Counted from the first letter of the stretch, positions 38,283-52,234 are shown. The stretch is 64,000 nucleotides of DNA from Eledone cirrhosa (GCA_964016885.1 OZ024741.1:395374001-395438000), one strand, 5' to 3'. A program made the numbers and translations. The notes: a model not told the origin generated them from the sequence alone.

Positions 38283-40267
38283 CACCATGTAACAAAAAAA
38301 AAATTTTTTTTTCTGTTCCTGGCTTGTAATCACTTTTTTGTGTTGCTTAGGTCCCAAATAAATTTAAAAAAAAGTGCTATTAAACAGTTAAAAGTTTGGG
38401 TTTGTAAAAATTCTAAGCTATTCACTAGAATTATTTGTATGCTGGATTTTACGTTGTATGTAAGTTTAATTTGCTTATGTTAAATGATTTTTTTTATATA
38501 TGTTTCATGTTAAATTAAAATTATAAAATAAAGAGTAATACCTAGAGAAAATTATAAAAGTGCTATAAAGTATAAAATTGTTAAAAAGTGGATTAAAGAG
38601 ATTTATTGATACTGGATTTTCACACCCTGAATAAAGGGTAAGTTGTGTTTTAAGCACAAATTTTCATTAGTATGATTAGTGTTCTTTTATATTATTTAAA
38701 TATGTATTTCCCTTTCAATATTTATTTTGTATTGCATAACAAATTTATTTTCCAAGACAAGTATTCTGATGAAGAGGAGGAGATGGATGCTGAGGACTTG
38801 GATTACCTGCCTGAGGTATCAGAAAAAGTTCCTCACTTCCCAAACCAAAAAGAAGTCAATGACTTGGTCAGGGATATGGGTCTGACCAAGTCCAATGCAG
38901 AGCTATTCGTCTCCAGGATGAAGCAGTGAAACTTGGTCAAGAAGGAAGTGCAGGTGACAAGTCAGAGAAGTCGACACAAACCTTTCTCAGGCTTTTACAC
39001 TCTTAGGGAAGGCCTCTGCTTCTGCCATGACATACCTGGATTGTTTGACGTTATTGGGGTGCCGTTTGTGCCCAAGGAGTGGCGGCTATTTATAGACAGC
39101 TCCACCACAAGTTTGAAGGCTGTCCTCCTCCACAATGGAAACAAGTTCTCGACACTACCTCTAGCTCATTCAGTCTGTCTGAAGGAAGATTACTATAGTG
39201 TGAAAGTCCTCTTGGAAGCTCTGCAATACAACCAGTACAATTGGGAAATCATTGGAGACTTCAAGATGGTGGCTTTCCTGCTTGGACTTCAAGGAGGCTT
39301 TATCAAATTCCAATGCTTCCTCTGCCTTTGGGACAGCAGAGCCACCTCTGACCACTACAAAAGAAAGAACTGGGAGCAGCAAACAGAATTTGTAGTTGGG
39401 ACCCAGAACGTCTTGTGGGAGCCACTGGTTGATCCCAGGATTGTGCTCATGCCGCCACTGCACATTAAGTTGGGGTTGATGAAGCAGTTTGTGAAGGCTC
39501 TCAACCAAGAATCAGCCGCTTTTAAGTACCTTCTTGAGTTCTTCTCAAGTTATCTGAAGCCAAAATCAAAGGTTGAATTTTTGTTGGACCTCAGATAAAG
39601 AAGGTGCTTGAGTCTACCGAGTTCTCCAATAAGCTCAATAGGATTAAGAGAACAGCATGGAACTGTTTCAAGGCAGTTGTTAAGGGCTTCCTGGGCAACT
39701 ACAGAGCTGAAAACTACCAGCAACTGGTGCAGGATCTGATAAAGGCTTTTGGCGCCATGGGATGCAGGTTGTCGCTTAAACTCCATATGCTGGACGCTCA
39801 CCTGGAAAAATTCAAGAACAATATGGGCGCCTACTCAGAAGAACAAGGCGAACGATTCTACCAAGATGTGAAAGAGATAGAGCGGAGGGACCAGAGCCAC
39901 TACAATGAAAAAATTAGGGGGGACTATATTTGGGGCTAGTGCGGGAATGCGACCTGGACTACAACCACAAATCCAGTCATTTCTGATGTGTATAAGTTGC
40001 TTTATAAGTGTTATTTGTTTTTACTTGTTTGCTTTTGATAAGCTTGTGTAATAAAATAAATATATACTCTGTTGATTTAATTTATGAACTGATAAATTTA
40101 AAAAAAATGTGTTTTTTCTTGAAAAATATGAACATTTCAAAATATCAGACTCCTGACCACAAACCCAAATTTCTGATTAAATAATAGTGTTTTTTTTATA
40201 ATAATGGGATATAACAAACCATGAAATGACACTTAGAACCGGGGAACAAAAAATATGTTACACGGTG
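38283..40267 (+). mobile_element. Chapaev3-type (CMC) DNA transposon, defective
   Basis: Termini CACCATGTAACA / TGTTACACGGTG, TAA duplicated at 38280-82 and 40268-70; transposase WRLFIDSS..LLHNGN..GDFKM..CFLCLWDSRA..PPLHIKLGLMKQFVKAL..SEEQGERF (38760-39960) with stop and frameshifts; N-terminus missing. Confidence 0.88.
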
Positions 40268-40798
40268 TAATCTTCATCGTTTAACATTCATTTTCTATAC
40301 TAGCAAGGGTTAGACAAGTTGTCCAGTTGTGAGACAAGTCAGATCAGGTGACCGTGTCTTGCTCATAGAAAACTGCTTTTGGCTGGATGCCTTTCCCAAT
40401 GCCAACCACATTTACAGTCTGGTCTTGGCACTTATTATCGTTGCACTAAAACAACCAGCTGACAATGTCAGTAAAACTATGACATGTAAAACTACACACA
40501 AATGACATTCCCAATTGAAAAACTGGGTGTGGTGGAATGCAGTAATAGTGGCTGAAATATTTGATTTCCATATACAGACAGTCACATACTAGTATGACAA
40601 AACTAAATATCTAATTTGATGGTAGATAAAAAGACCAGCTCAATAAGGAAGAATCAATGGATGGAAATTACACGCCCATAGAATGTTTGAAGCTTAAATG
40701 GAAATTATTGACAAGCATCTTCATAGTTAAAACATACAACCATCTTTTAACGTCCATTTTCCACACTAGCATGGGTTAGACAAAAATGAAAATAGACT

Positions 40799-41007
40799 AA
40801 CACAGAAATCCTATTTTGAATTGAGTATGCAAGTGTGGTGCAGTATTGAATGATGTTGTTGGATGAATGCAGTTTTTACTTAATATAAAATCATGCGTCA
40901 TATTAGTCAGGTAGCCATGATGGATAGATTAGATTAAAGTCTTGACCTTTCAGACAGCAAGCAGAAGAAGTTTGAATAAAAGCTTTCTTTTGAATTAGTT
41001 TACAACA
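40799..41007 (+). repeat. 5' LTR (5'-truncated)
   Basis: Aligns with ~44380-44589; TATA-like TAATATAAAA 40881, AATAAA 40975, ends ACAACA. Confidence 0.9.
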
Positions 41008-44000
41008 ATTTTATTCAAACTTGTTCTAAATGGATGCCAAAGTGTTCATGAAGACTCTGCCAGACAACCCAACCGAGGAAGATTACACTTACTGGAAAAA
41101 AATACTACACATCAACAGATGAAACCAAACAGCGGGTACTCTTAGTCCTCTGTGAAGTCAAGGCCTACTTAACTGTAGAAGAATCAGAAACCTTTGATGC
41201 AGCAATAGAACTCCTAGACTCTAACTTTATAAAGAAAGATTCAGCCATAATGATGCATCATAAGCTATGAACACACAAGCAAAAGAAAAACGAGTCTATA
41301 GAGGAGTTTATGTCAGGTCTTCAGGCGCTGGCCAAGAAGTGTAAAATCCAAGCCCTCACTGCAGATCTCTCATTGGTGATGCCTTTGTGGCCGGGCTTCC
41401 ATCACCATTAATCAGGCAGAGTTTTCAAGTCAACCGACAACAACCTTCAAAGCTCTATAAACTTGCTCAAACCATGGAAGTGGCTGTTGAGGACTCTCAC
41501 AAATTGTCGTAAGGCTCAGCTGGTAGCAGTCAACCACTCGCTTTTGCATCTGCAAAATCAGCATGCTTTTGGTGTGGTGGTGACATCCATAAAAAACTTC
41601 AATGTCTGGCAAGAAATGCCACCTAAAGAAGGTGCTAGAAGAAAGGCCACTGGGAGAAGGTCTGCCTCTCAAAAAAGCCACCAAGAAACAAACAAAACCA
41701 CTCCAAAACAGCAGTTACCAAGGAGTCTGAGATTGACCCAGAGAGAAGCAGCGATATAATCTTATCATCCATCATTTTAGCAGCTGCAGACATTACAGGA
41801 TGACTGATATCTGTTATGATTATGGCCAGCAATGCACAGGACCTTCTTGACACAGATTCTAACAGGACATTTACAATACAATCATACTAACCCAGACAAA
41901 GTTAGTCTGGCCAACAACACAGCACTGAAGATCAAAAACAAATTCAGTAACAAACTTCAACTGGGACATAACAACTATAATGTTAATTTCCTTGTGGCCA
42001 ATCACCTTGTAGCTCCAATCATCATTGGAATCAATGAAGCAGAGGGGAGAATGTATGAGTTTAAATGCCTCCCTTTTTGTTGTACTAATGTTGCAGCAAT
42101 TTTTCAGCATGTCATGGATAGATTCATAAAAAGAACAATCTTCAAAAAACCTTTTGCCTATCTAGATGACATCATCATAGCTGGCAGAGATCAATATATA
42201 CATGATGATAACCTCAGATTTATTCAGGTAGCTGAATTATCTGGTATGATCATCAACAAGGACAAGAGCCAATTCTCCCAGAAGCAAATCAGCTTCCTTG
42301 GACACATTATCAGAAATTTAACAATAAAGCCCAATACAAAAAGGTAACAGGCTCTAATTGGATATGCCAGAACAAAGAACATTGAAAGAACTAAATCTGA
42401 GGCAATAAACAGGCATTTTTGCATATTATGCAAAGTGGATACTTCAGTTCTCCCACCTCACCATTTCACTTACAAGGGCCAGAGAGACTATCAACAAAGC
42501 CAAACTGCCAGAGGAAGCAAAATCACAATTGACTTCCGCAGGACTGCATTGATAAATGCCATACTCCCTGTTCCACTACCCGAGGTACCACTTACTATCA
42601 AAAGAGATGCTTCTGACCTAGCCCTGAGGAGGGGGGGGGGGGGTGCTATCATAACAGGGAAAGCCCACTGCCTTCTATTCAAGGTCTCTTTCAAAGACAG
42701 AAAAACACCAATCCATCATTGACAGAAAAGCCTACACTATGTTGCTGCCACCTAATACATGCTTCTCCTTATTGCAACATCATCACTGACCAATGCTCAG
42801 TAGCAATGATCTTCAATAAACAAGGTACATCAAAAATCAAAATTGAAAAACTCATATGCTGGTGTTTGGACCTTTCAGACATAAATTACACAGTCTCCTA
42901 CAGACCAGGAATGCAAAACAAAGATGCGCCGCCACACAAGACACTGCAATACTGGTAACCTTTCACAAACAACTGTGTCACCCAGGAGAGACTTACCTAC
43001 TTCACTACTGTAAAGTACGAAACCTACTGTTATCCATCAACAACATCTGTGAAATGACACTCACTTGCTCTACATGCAAAGAACTAAAACCCTGCTTCCA
43101 TAAACCCCTTATGGGTCAGATAATACAGACATCGAGGCCATGAGAGCAGCTCTCAATCAACTTTTTTGCTCCTCTGACATCAACTACAAATAATGTTATT
43201 CATTGGTGATAATTGATAAGTACTCAAGGTACCCATGCAAAGAGATGAGTACCAAAACAGTAATCTCCCACCTGCTAAACCTCTTTTTGTTTGTATCCCC
43301 AAGTTGTATTCATCACCCTGATGGAGGAACCCAATTTGACAATAAAAACTCGAACGCCTCGTCATTGACCTCAAAGTAATAGCAAATTTGAATTGACCAA
43401 CAGCATGAAGACCATAAATCTGGCACTTAGTTCTCTACAACTGGATAAAGGACAATGGCAGATGGCTCTTCCCATAGCTCTATCAGCCATGAGAGGATTT
43501 CTCTGAACAGCTACCAACACAACCCCTCATGAGTGAATGTTCAAATTCTCAAGATTATCAACAGTAGGAACCATTCTACCTGAATTTCTCCAGAATATCG
43601 GAAGCACAATACTGCATCATCAACATCTCAGAAATAAGGATGATTCACTCATGGAAGGTGTTAAATTGTTGATGACGATTTCTCCCCACTTTGCCCAAGT
43701 AGAATTTGGAAACGGCCCAGTGGATGCAGTGTCAACACACAATCTTGTCCCAGCAGAAAGCAATGGTAGCACACAAACATAATCAGAACTAACTCAACAA
43801 TTAGAGTTTCACATAGAACTAAAATATCCATAAATTACCAATCAACAGGGAATTGGCCCCAACAGTACAACAATAGAATCCACATATCCACAAAGAAATG
43901 GAGTTCACAACCCAGCATATGAAAACACTAGAAGATTAGCAACTGGTGAAGAGCACCTAAATGAAAATTATATGGGCAACAAAACACCAGCTATTCAAGA

Positions 44001-44113
44001 AGAAAAAGAGATGAGAAGCCTGACATAGGGGTGAATTATTAAGTTCCCTTCCTATCTAAAAGACTGAATATTTTAAATGTGCCATGGTTGACCTTTCTCT
44101 CAGCAGGGAAGAC

Positions 44114-44589
44114 TGTTATGAACTATAATATTCTCTTATTAATTCTTTTCTATAATACAGGGCGGTGGATTGGCAGTATCGGTAGAGGGTCGAACGCCAT
44201 GCTTTCCAGCATAGTTACGTCCCTTTACGATCTGAGTTCAAATCCCGCCGAGGTTGACTTTGCCTTTCATCCTTACGCGGTCGATAAAATAAAGTACCAG
44301 TAATGCACTGGTTAATTGCTGGCCTTGTGCCTAAAGTAGAAACAATTAATTCTTTTCTATAATAGTAAATAGAAGATAAAAACACAGAGATCCTATTTTG
44401 AATTGAGTATGAAAGTGTGACGCAGTATTGAATGATGATGATGGATGGATGCTGTTTTTACTTAATATAAAACCCCACGTCATAATTGTCAGTTAGCCAT
44501 GATGGATGGATTAGATGACAGTCCTCACCTTTTAGATCGTGAGCAGAACAAGTTTGAATAAAAGCCTTCTTTTGAATTGGTTTACAACA
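44114..44589 (+). repeat. 3' LTR (TGTT...AACA) interrupted by a SINE
   Basis: Starts TGTTATG after AGCAGGGAAGAC; ends TACAACA. Confidence 0.88.
44158..44344 (+). mobile_element. SINE family 2 with 20-bp target-site duplication
   Basis: B box GAGTTCAAATCC, core GCCGAGGTTGACTTTGCCTTTCATCC..GGTCGATAAAATAAAGTACC; ATTAATTCTTTTCTATAATA at 44138-44157 and 44345-44364. Confidence 0.92.
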
Positions 44590-45301
44590 CCTGGATAGTC
44601 AAAGCCCTCAAGATGTTTAGTGTTGCCAACAATTTTCCTCAACTGATGTCTTCAAGTTTGCCAACATAAGAACCAAGTATTTTGGATCTGTAGCAATAAA
44701 AGGTGTCCCTTTCTCTAAGGTTTTACAGCCAAACAATAACTCTTCTACTCAGTCAAGTTAACTGTAGATTTCTCTTTTAGGAGAGGGAGCTGAATTACTG
44801 ATTGTGTCATAGTAGCATTGTCATGACATATGATGACAAAGAGAGAAACCTAATGAAAAATGAAAAAGTGAAAGGCAAAATTGGCTTCAGCAGGATTCGA
44901 ACTCAGAGTGCAGAGAGCTGGAATGAATACTACAAGGTATTCTATCTAGTTCTCCAATGAGGCTGCTAACTCGCAACCTTAAATATAAAATAAACATACA
45001 CAAAAAATATAAGCAGCATTTAAACAGTGTACTGGGCTGCAGACCACTAATGATAAGTGAAGAGGAACAGAAACTGTTATATATCGAGTTCCCTTTTCTC
45101 ACATGTGCTGTGGTCATCACCAGAAACTGTTGGCATACAAGGGATTGGATAATGGAAAAAAAAAGGGTATATGCCAAAACTATTACTTGACACCCTATAC
45201 AATATCCTCTTTCACTAAGTAGAAGTATACTATCTGCAGAACAATGGATCAGCAGATCATACCTAATTAAATGAGTATTGACATGCCAAAAAAATTGCAC
45301 A

Positions 45302-46017
45302 ATCTCTCTCCAGCCTATCGGTCCATTCATTTTATATCCGTATCATCGCCCAGAATCCAATCTTTTGCTCTCTCTCAATGCTATTCTATAATTCTGTCTG
45401 GTTGTTTCTAAATAATCTTCTTGTATTTTAAAACCCCATTATTCGCTTATTATTACTGTTATATGCTTCGCCAATTATGCCCAAAATTCGAAGATTTCAT
45501 TTAAACCCTCTCGCTAACTACCCCATTTGTTTTTCTAAAATAACAATCTTGTTTATTTAATTTTGGCCGAAAAATTCTAGGATTTATAAAATGGCCTCAT
45601 TGTCCTTCTTATTCTTTACCCCCACCCCCACTATATCGTATTACGCGCCGGCTAGTTCACCCTTTCAATCACTCCCTTCTCTCACTAAATATAAAGAAAC
45701 CTGTTACGAGGTACGAATCTCAGAATTTGTCAACGCTTATTAATGGTCAGACCTCGTCGTTCCCTGCGAAGTATAATGTAAATGCCATTTTTCTTATCTC
45801 TCTCCAGCCTATCGGTCCATTCATTCATATATCCGTATCATCACCCAGAATCCAATCTTTTGCTCTCTCTCAATGCTATTCTATAATTCTGTCTGGTTGT
45901 TTCTAAATAATCTTCTTGTATTTTAAAACCCCATTATTCGCTTATTATTACTGTTATATGCTTCTCCAATTATGCCCAAAATTCGAAGATTTCATTTAAA
46001 CCCCCTCGCTAACTACC
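45302..46017. repeat. ~220-bp direct repeat (45302-45522 and 45796-46017)
   Basis: Both start ATCTCTCTCCAGCCTATCGGTCC and end CTCGCTAACTACC, with few differences. Confidence 0.92.
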
Positions 46018-46069
46018 TCATACCCCTCCCGCCCACCCCCACTCTCCACCATTATTATTAGGACCAATC

Positions 46070-49000
46070 ATAAGTCAGCGGCCTACGCTATCAATTCTGG
46101 TTGCTTGCCGATATGATGGATGGACTATGGAATTCTGGAGAGTCTGAAAAATCTGGACACTCAGTGACAATGCTAAAGATAAAGACAAATTCACCACATG
46201 CTGCTGGACGAAAAGACAAGGACTCCTCTTTGTTTTGGCCGCGGATGGCCAACATAACCCCAACCCCATCCCCGCGCCCCACCGTTCACACCCACCAAAC
46301 GCAATCCAAAACTTCAGAGTTGGTACCATGAATGAGGTTGATGTTTGCTGTATCCAAGAGACCAGGTGGAGGGGTGGGTCTGCTAGATTCATTATGGGTA
46401 AAAAACGATGCTATAAACTTTTCTGGGTGGGAAATGAAAATGGGCTGGGTGGGGTAGGAATCATGTTAGCAGAAAAATCGGTAGATAAGATAATAGACGT
46501 AAATAGAGAGAACGACAGAATAATTAAAATAAGAATTGTCCTAAATAGAACTACTGTGACAGTAATATCTGCATATGCACCCCAAACCGGACTGCCTGGC
46601 ACTATAAAAGACAGATTCTATGAGACATTGATGCTCACTACCTCCCAAATAACCGACAGTGACTACGTAATTATTGCTGGCGACCTAAATGGTCACGTTG
46701 GACAACATTGTGATGGCTATGATGGAATCCATCGAGGCTATGGGTTTGGTACTAGAAATGAGGAAGGCTCCAGAATCCTGGAATTCTGCAACGCAAATAA
46801 CCTAACTATCTGTAACACTAACTTCAAAAAACGAGACAATCACTTGATCACCTATAGATCAGGGGAACACGCCAGTCAGATAGATTATATCCTTACCAGA
46901 AGACGTGATAGAGTGTCTGTTGTAAACACTAAATCCCTCCCCCATGAAGAATGCACCTCCCAACATAGACTCATAGTCAGCGACCTCATAGTCAGGACAA
47001 GTCGTACTTGACAACAGAGGAGGACTATCCTCAGGAGAAAAATATGGAAGCTAAAGGACCCCACAGTCAGAAATAAATTTCAAAGCATATTACTTGATGC
47101 TTTCGACAGTAAGGAAGAGCAATTAGAGTCGTACAATATAGAGGAACAGTGGGGATTCCTGAAAGCAAACCTGCTGATGGCGACAGACGAAGTCTGTGGC
47201 TGAAGCAGGCCTATAGGCAGGAGGAGAGTTACGTGGTGGTGGAATAGTAAGGTGGAGGAGTCAATTAAGGCCAAAAAGCAGGCTTGGAAAGCATGGCGGG
47301 ATGGGGGAAGTAGAGAAGACTATCAAGTGGCCAGGAGGGAAGCTAGGAGACAAGTGTACTTCGCAAGAAGGGAAGCAGAGGAAAGAAAGTTCAAGCATGT
47401 TCTACAACGCGAGGACCAAAAACGTGAGGTGTTCAGGATTGCTAAGCAATGTGTCAAGGAAAACCGTGATATTGTCGGGGAGAAGTGTGTCCTTAATGAT
47501 GATGGTGTACTTGCCATCACTGATGCTGATAAGAAGGTAGCTTGGAAGTGTCACTACGAAAGGCTACTAAATGAGGAGAATAAATGGGAGAAAGACAGTC
47601 TCCCCCACATCGATCCAATAGAGGAACCAGCAGTGCGAGTTGAAGATAGTATAATAAGGCAATCAAAGATATGAAGACGGGTAAGGCGGCCGAGCCTTCG
47701 GAAATAGTTGCTGAAATGCTGAAAGCATCTGGAATGGTGGGACACACTATGGTTACCCGGATAGTAAACCAAGTCATACAGAATGGGGCTGTTCCGAAGG
47801 ACTGGCGTAGCAGCATCATCATTAACTGCTACAAGGGTAAAGGAGATGCTCTTGATAGGGGTAACTATAGAGGCATTAAATTAATCGACCAGGTCATGAA
47901 GGTCACAGAAAAAGTAATAGCGCAACTAATCAGAGAACGAATTGATCTAGATGAAATGCAGTTCGGGTTTGTGTCAGGCAAAAGTACCACAGACGCTCTT
48001 TTCATTGTACAACAACTACAAGAGAAGTACCTAGCTAAAAGTAAACCCTTATACTTAGCTTTTGTTGACTTGGAGAAAGCCTTTGACAGAGTCCCCCGCT
48101 CCATTATCTGGTGGGCGCTTAGAAAACTAGGTGTTGATAAATGGCTTGTGAGAGCTATACAAGCCATGTATAAAGAAACAGTCAGCAAGGTTAGAATTAA
48201 CAACGAATATAGTCAAGAGTTTAGCGTAAAAGTTGGTGTTTATCAGGGCTCTGTTCTTAGCCCCTACTATTTATTATTGCCCTTCAGGCTATAGCAGAGG
48301 AGTTCAAGACCAGCTGCCCATGGGAACTCCTATATGCAGATGATCTAATGCTCATAGCTGAATTAATGGCTGAACTAGAGAAGAAATTCCAAACATGGAA
48401 GCACGGCCTAGAATCAAAAGGCCTTAAAGTTAACTTGTCTAAGACTAAAGTTCTAGTTTGTAGGAAGGAAAATAGGGCACCGGTCCCATCTGGGAAATGG
48501 CCATGCTTAGTGTGTAGGAAAGGAGTAGGCAGAAACTCCATTTTATGTCCCAAATGCAAAGTATGGGTGCATAAAAGATGTAGTGGGATCACAGGTAAGC
48601 TAACTAAGAATATAGATTTTATATGTGGCCGGTGCTCTGGTGCAATAAGTAGCAGCAAGTGCCCACAGAATACTAGCTCATTCCATTGCACAGATGGTTC
48701 TATAGAAATAGTGGACACCTTCCGTTACCTGGGTGACAAAATCAGCAGTGGGGGGAGGGTGCTCTGAAAGTACAGTAGCTAGAGTCAGAACGGGATGGAA
48801 AAAGTTCAGAGAGCTTATACCACTATTGGCCGCTAAAGGGTTCTCTCTAAAAATGAAAGGCAGGATATACGCAGATTGGAGAGAAACGAAGCTTGCATGC
48901 TCCGCTGGATGTGTAATAGTAATATACGGGAACGGCAAAGCATAAACTAACTAAGGGAGAAATTAGGAATAAGAGGGATCAGATGTTGTTTACTTGAGAG

Positions 49001-49611
49001 AAGACTTTGTTGGTACGGTCACGTGATGCGCATGAAAGACGACAGCTGTATAAAAAAGTGCAGGGCGATAAAAATAGACGGTAGCAACGGAGTAGGCAGA
49101 CCCAGAAAATCCTGGGACGACTTGATAAATTCCGACCTCACACACTTACACCTCTCCAAGACAATGTCACTGGACCGAGATCTTTGGCGCTACGCAGTAA
49201 TACAGAAGACCCGCCTTACCTAAGTACAAAGCGAAACCTACTACAGTCAGTAGGCACCTCTAACAAAATACCCCCCGTCCCACTAACCCCACCCCATCCA
49301 CACCACCCCCTTAAACGTGAAGTTATGTTGGTACCACAACATCCAGTCCGAAACAAATGAGGTCGTGTAGGTGTCACAACAAAAAAACACACAGTCCACG
49401 CTGTAATGTGGCCGTGTAGGTAACACGGTAAAAACCTCCCAGTCCACACTGTAAACGTGGTTGGTGTTAGGAAGGGCATCCAGATGTAGAAAACCCGCCA
49501 GACAGTCCTATACGAGCAGGACAACAAATCTTGCCTCAAGTGAGAAACCTCCCGTCCAAACCCATGCAAGCGTGGAAGATGGACGTTAAACGATGATGAT
49601 GATGATGATGA
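46070..49611 (+). mobile_element. RTE family A, near full length including 5' region, older and more mutated
   Basis: APE 46235-47011, RT pieces 47252-49223, many stops, frameshifts and short deletions, 3'UTR and (GAT)n tail; 5' boundary approximate. Confidence 0.93.
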
Positions 49612-51269
49612 CAGCTAACATGGTTCTATGCAACAACAACTCACGCTGACATCAAATTAAATATCCACAAGGATATTTGTTTATGTAATGACACATCCTT
49701 AGTTTATGTAAATTTTGAATAGATTTGAATTTAGAAAGGAAACCTTAGTGTTGAATAAATGAATCAACAACACTACATGCATTGAGTAATTGTTTTCTCC
49801 CATTTATAAATTCAAACAGATACATGCAAAACAACTCTTACATTCATGATAATGAAGCCAATACACCATGCACATAATCACAGCAATCCCCACCTTCCCA
49901 TATAAATTAGTGATTGGAAGTACTTTCAATATGTCTGAATACATATGTAACTGAAAAGAATATTGGATATTTTTAGTTCATACAGTTTCAAGTGAACCCA
50001 ACTGTTTTCTTTTCCAGTAAGCATTACAGTCTACTATAAATAACAATCTTAAAAATTACTAGTGGAAACGAACTATATCAAAGATGATATGATGTTAAAT
50101 GTTGAGAGAGAGAGAGATCAACATAAATGATAATGTCCTTTTGAAAATATCTTGGCTAAAAAATGTGTCCAAATATAAAATGATATTTTGTTTTACTTTG
50201 TGCAGTATTCTACAAAATTAAATTAAAATCAAATCTAAATATACTTTATGCTTTAAATTTGAGTATTTTGAATTATTGCAAAAAAATAATAAATGAAAAG
50301 ATTTTGTAGCAGGAGACATAATTCATTGCTGGATGAAAACTGTTGGGAAAATTTTTTTTTTTTTCTCAGATAAAAATGAAAACATAATTGTCCAGTCAGC
50401 ACACTTGTTGACTATAAAAGTTCTATTTATTGTTTAATTTGACTAATGTATTTAGTCTGTCCAGCAGCTAACAACAGCAAACAGCTCCTTTTTGTCCAGG
50501 GGATTAACAAGAAAAGTAAACATTTTTCTTTCTAATCAACTAACAATGCATTTCATCATCCACTAGATAAAAAAAGACATCTATTGAGAAACACTTCAAA
50601 TGGAAGGTAAAAATAATCAGTAGGACTGCCCAACATACCTGTGGACTTGTATAATGTTCATGGGACAATAATTTATTTTTAGTATAATATATAAAATTTG
50701 TAATCAGTAAATTAACTTTTCAAAAATCTTTTTCTCAGTAGTTTTGATAATTTAGTAACGTTCATCAATGTAATTCGCTTGTTATAACAAGAAAAGAAAC
50801 TAAAAATCAGAGTACATATTCTATAATCACACAGCCAATACCAACAAAAAATGTTGGATTTATCGGTTCCATAAGGAGAAAAAAATACTACAAATCTTCA
50901 AAAGAAAGAATTGCTTTGAACTCAAGCAAACAGTTTCAGAAATTACCCCAATAATATGCAATGATTATTCAATTATAGTATTTTTTCTTTCATTCCAGCA
51001 TAACCAGACATTTGATACAAAAAAAAAATGTTGCTTATGTTAATCAAGGGAGGGTAGGGGGGAATTGTGCACAATAAACACAATAGTAAAGTCAATATAT
51101 ATATGAGAATAAAATCTCCACTCCACTAAAACCACTAATATATCTTAATCATAATTTTAAACGTGATAACATTTCTTCATTAAATTCTAATAGTATCAAA
51201 CATTTCTTAATAGTCCTTTGGAAAAAGAGGTAATTAAGAAATATCAAAACCCGACAGACTCTGCCAACT

Positions 51270-51446
51270 TCAACCATCTTCAGAGCCAATTGTTAAGCCA
51301 AGTACTCTGGCTTCTAATTCTTCTTGCTCTTCATCATGCCCATCATCCTCATGTTCTTCCCCATCACTTGGCACTGGAGTAGTAGCTCTAGAAGAGGCTG
51401 GTGATGGGGGTTCAGATGGAGGACGTGGAAATAAAATCTTCTTACC
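51270..51446 (-). CDS. GYS: Glycogen synthase, last coding exon
   Basis: tcttttctttttag|GGT...TGA translates GKKILFPRPPSEPPSPASSRATTPVPSDGEEHEDDGHDEEQEELEARVLGLTIGSEDG*, the GYS C-terminal PRPxSxPPSPxxSRxxS/TP phospho-ladder. Confidence 0.93.
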   Translation of the reverse strand, partial: GKKILFPRPPSEPPSPASSRATTPVPSDGEEHEDDGHDEEQEELEARVLGLTIGSEDG

Positions 51447-52013
51447 CTAAAAAGAAAAGACATAAGTGTCAAAGCAAAAATACTAGAAACATAATTAGAT
51501 ATTTCTATCATTTCTAACAGAAAACTAATATAAATTATAAAATTATAATAAATTATAGATTAATATAAATTACATATTAATTTGATTTTTTTTCTTTCTT
51601 GTATGAATGCTGTGAAATAATATTTTTACATATTAGTACATAATAAGACTTGACTTACAAAATAAATCATTAGAACTTAATTTTAAAACAATGAAAGTAA
51701 AATTAATGTGTAAAATAATGTATTTAAAGAGAAACCAAAACTAAATGAATGCGAGTGAATTTGATGAAAGCTGAATGAAGAAAGCTATGAAGTGATTGAA
51801 GTAAAAACAAAAGTAATGGTTTACATACTTTTTCCTTATGTTTCAATATTTTGGATATAAAAGTTAATAGAAAATGGAAGATAAGCTTTGATCTGCACTG
51901 CACAGATGTGGGGAAAAGGTGTGTGACATTTACAGATTGGCAGTATTATAATAGCCAATAAGTATCATTGTTAATGGAAGGATTAAATTTATTAAAAAGG
52001 ATAACATCTTTAA

Positions 52014-52234
52014 CCCTTTAGCATTTAAACTGGCCATATCCGGCCAGAATTCTCTCACTTCTTTCTGTTCAAACCGGTTGTAGCTGACCACTCATACTGA
52101 TGTTAAGGTATTGTTCTCAAAATAAATAATATCAAAATCTCATAGATTCAATATTATGTGAGAAAATTATGTGAGGTAAAGATTTTACTGTGAAAATATA
52201 ATAGTATATATAGAGTAATGTAAATGCTAAGGGG
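52014..52234. mobile_element. piggyBac-type MITE
   Basis: TTAA|CCCTTTAGCATTTA ... TAAATGCTAAGGGG|TTAA. Confidence 0.85.

Larger units (their letters stand above)
40799..44589 (+). mobile_element. Decayed Ty3/gypsy LTR retrotransposon
   Basis: gag ATG 41030 (KQKKNESIEEF), RT (YEFKCLPF, AYLDDIII, ISFLGH), RNase H (DASD, IITDQ), integrase HHCC (HKQLCHPG..CSTC); order RT-RH-IN; purine tract before 44114. Confidence 0.92.

Noticed and set aside
49345-49420. CGAAAC...GTC in the RTE-A 3'UTR as a hammerhead half
   Set aside because: No CUGANGA box in a compatible position; GTC not conserved in other copies
49612-51269. GYS polyadenylation site
   Set aside because: Several AATAAA candidates on the minus strand in AT-rich DNA; cannot choose without transcript data
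51314-51511. 65-aa minus-strand ORF from the track
   Set aside because: Wrong frame over the GYS exon and its intron
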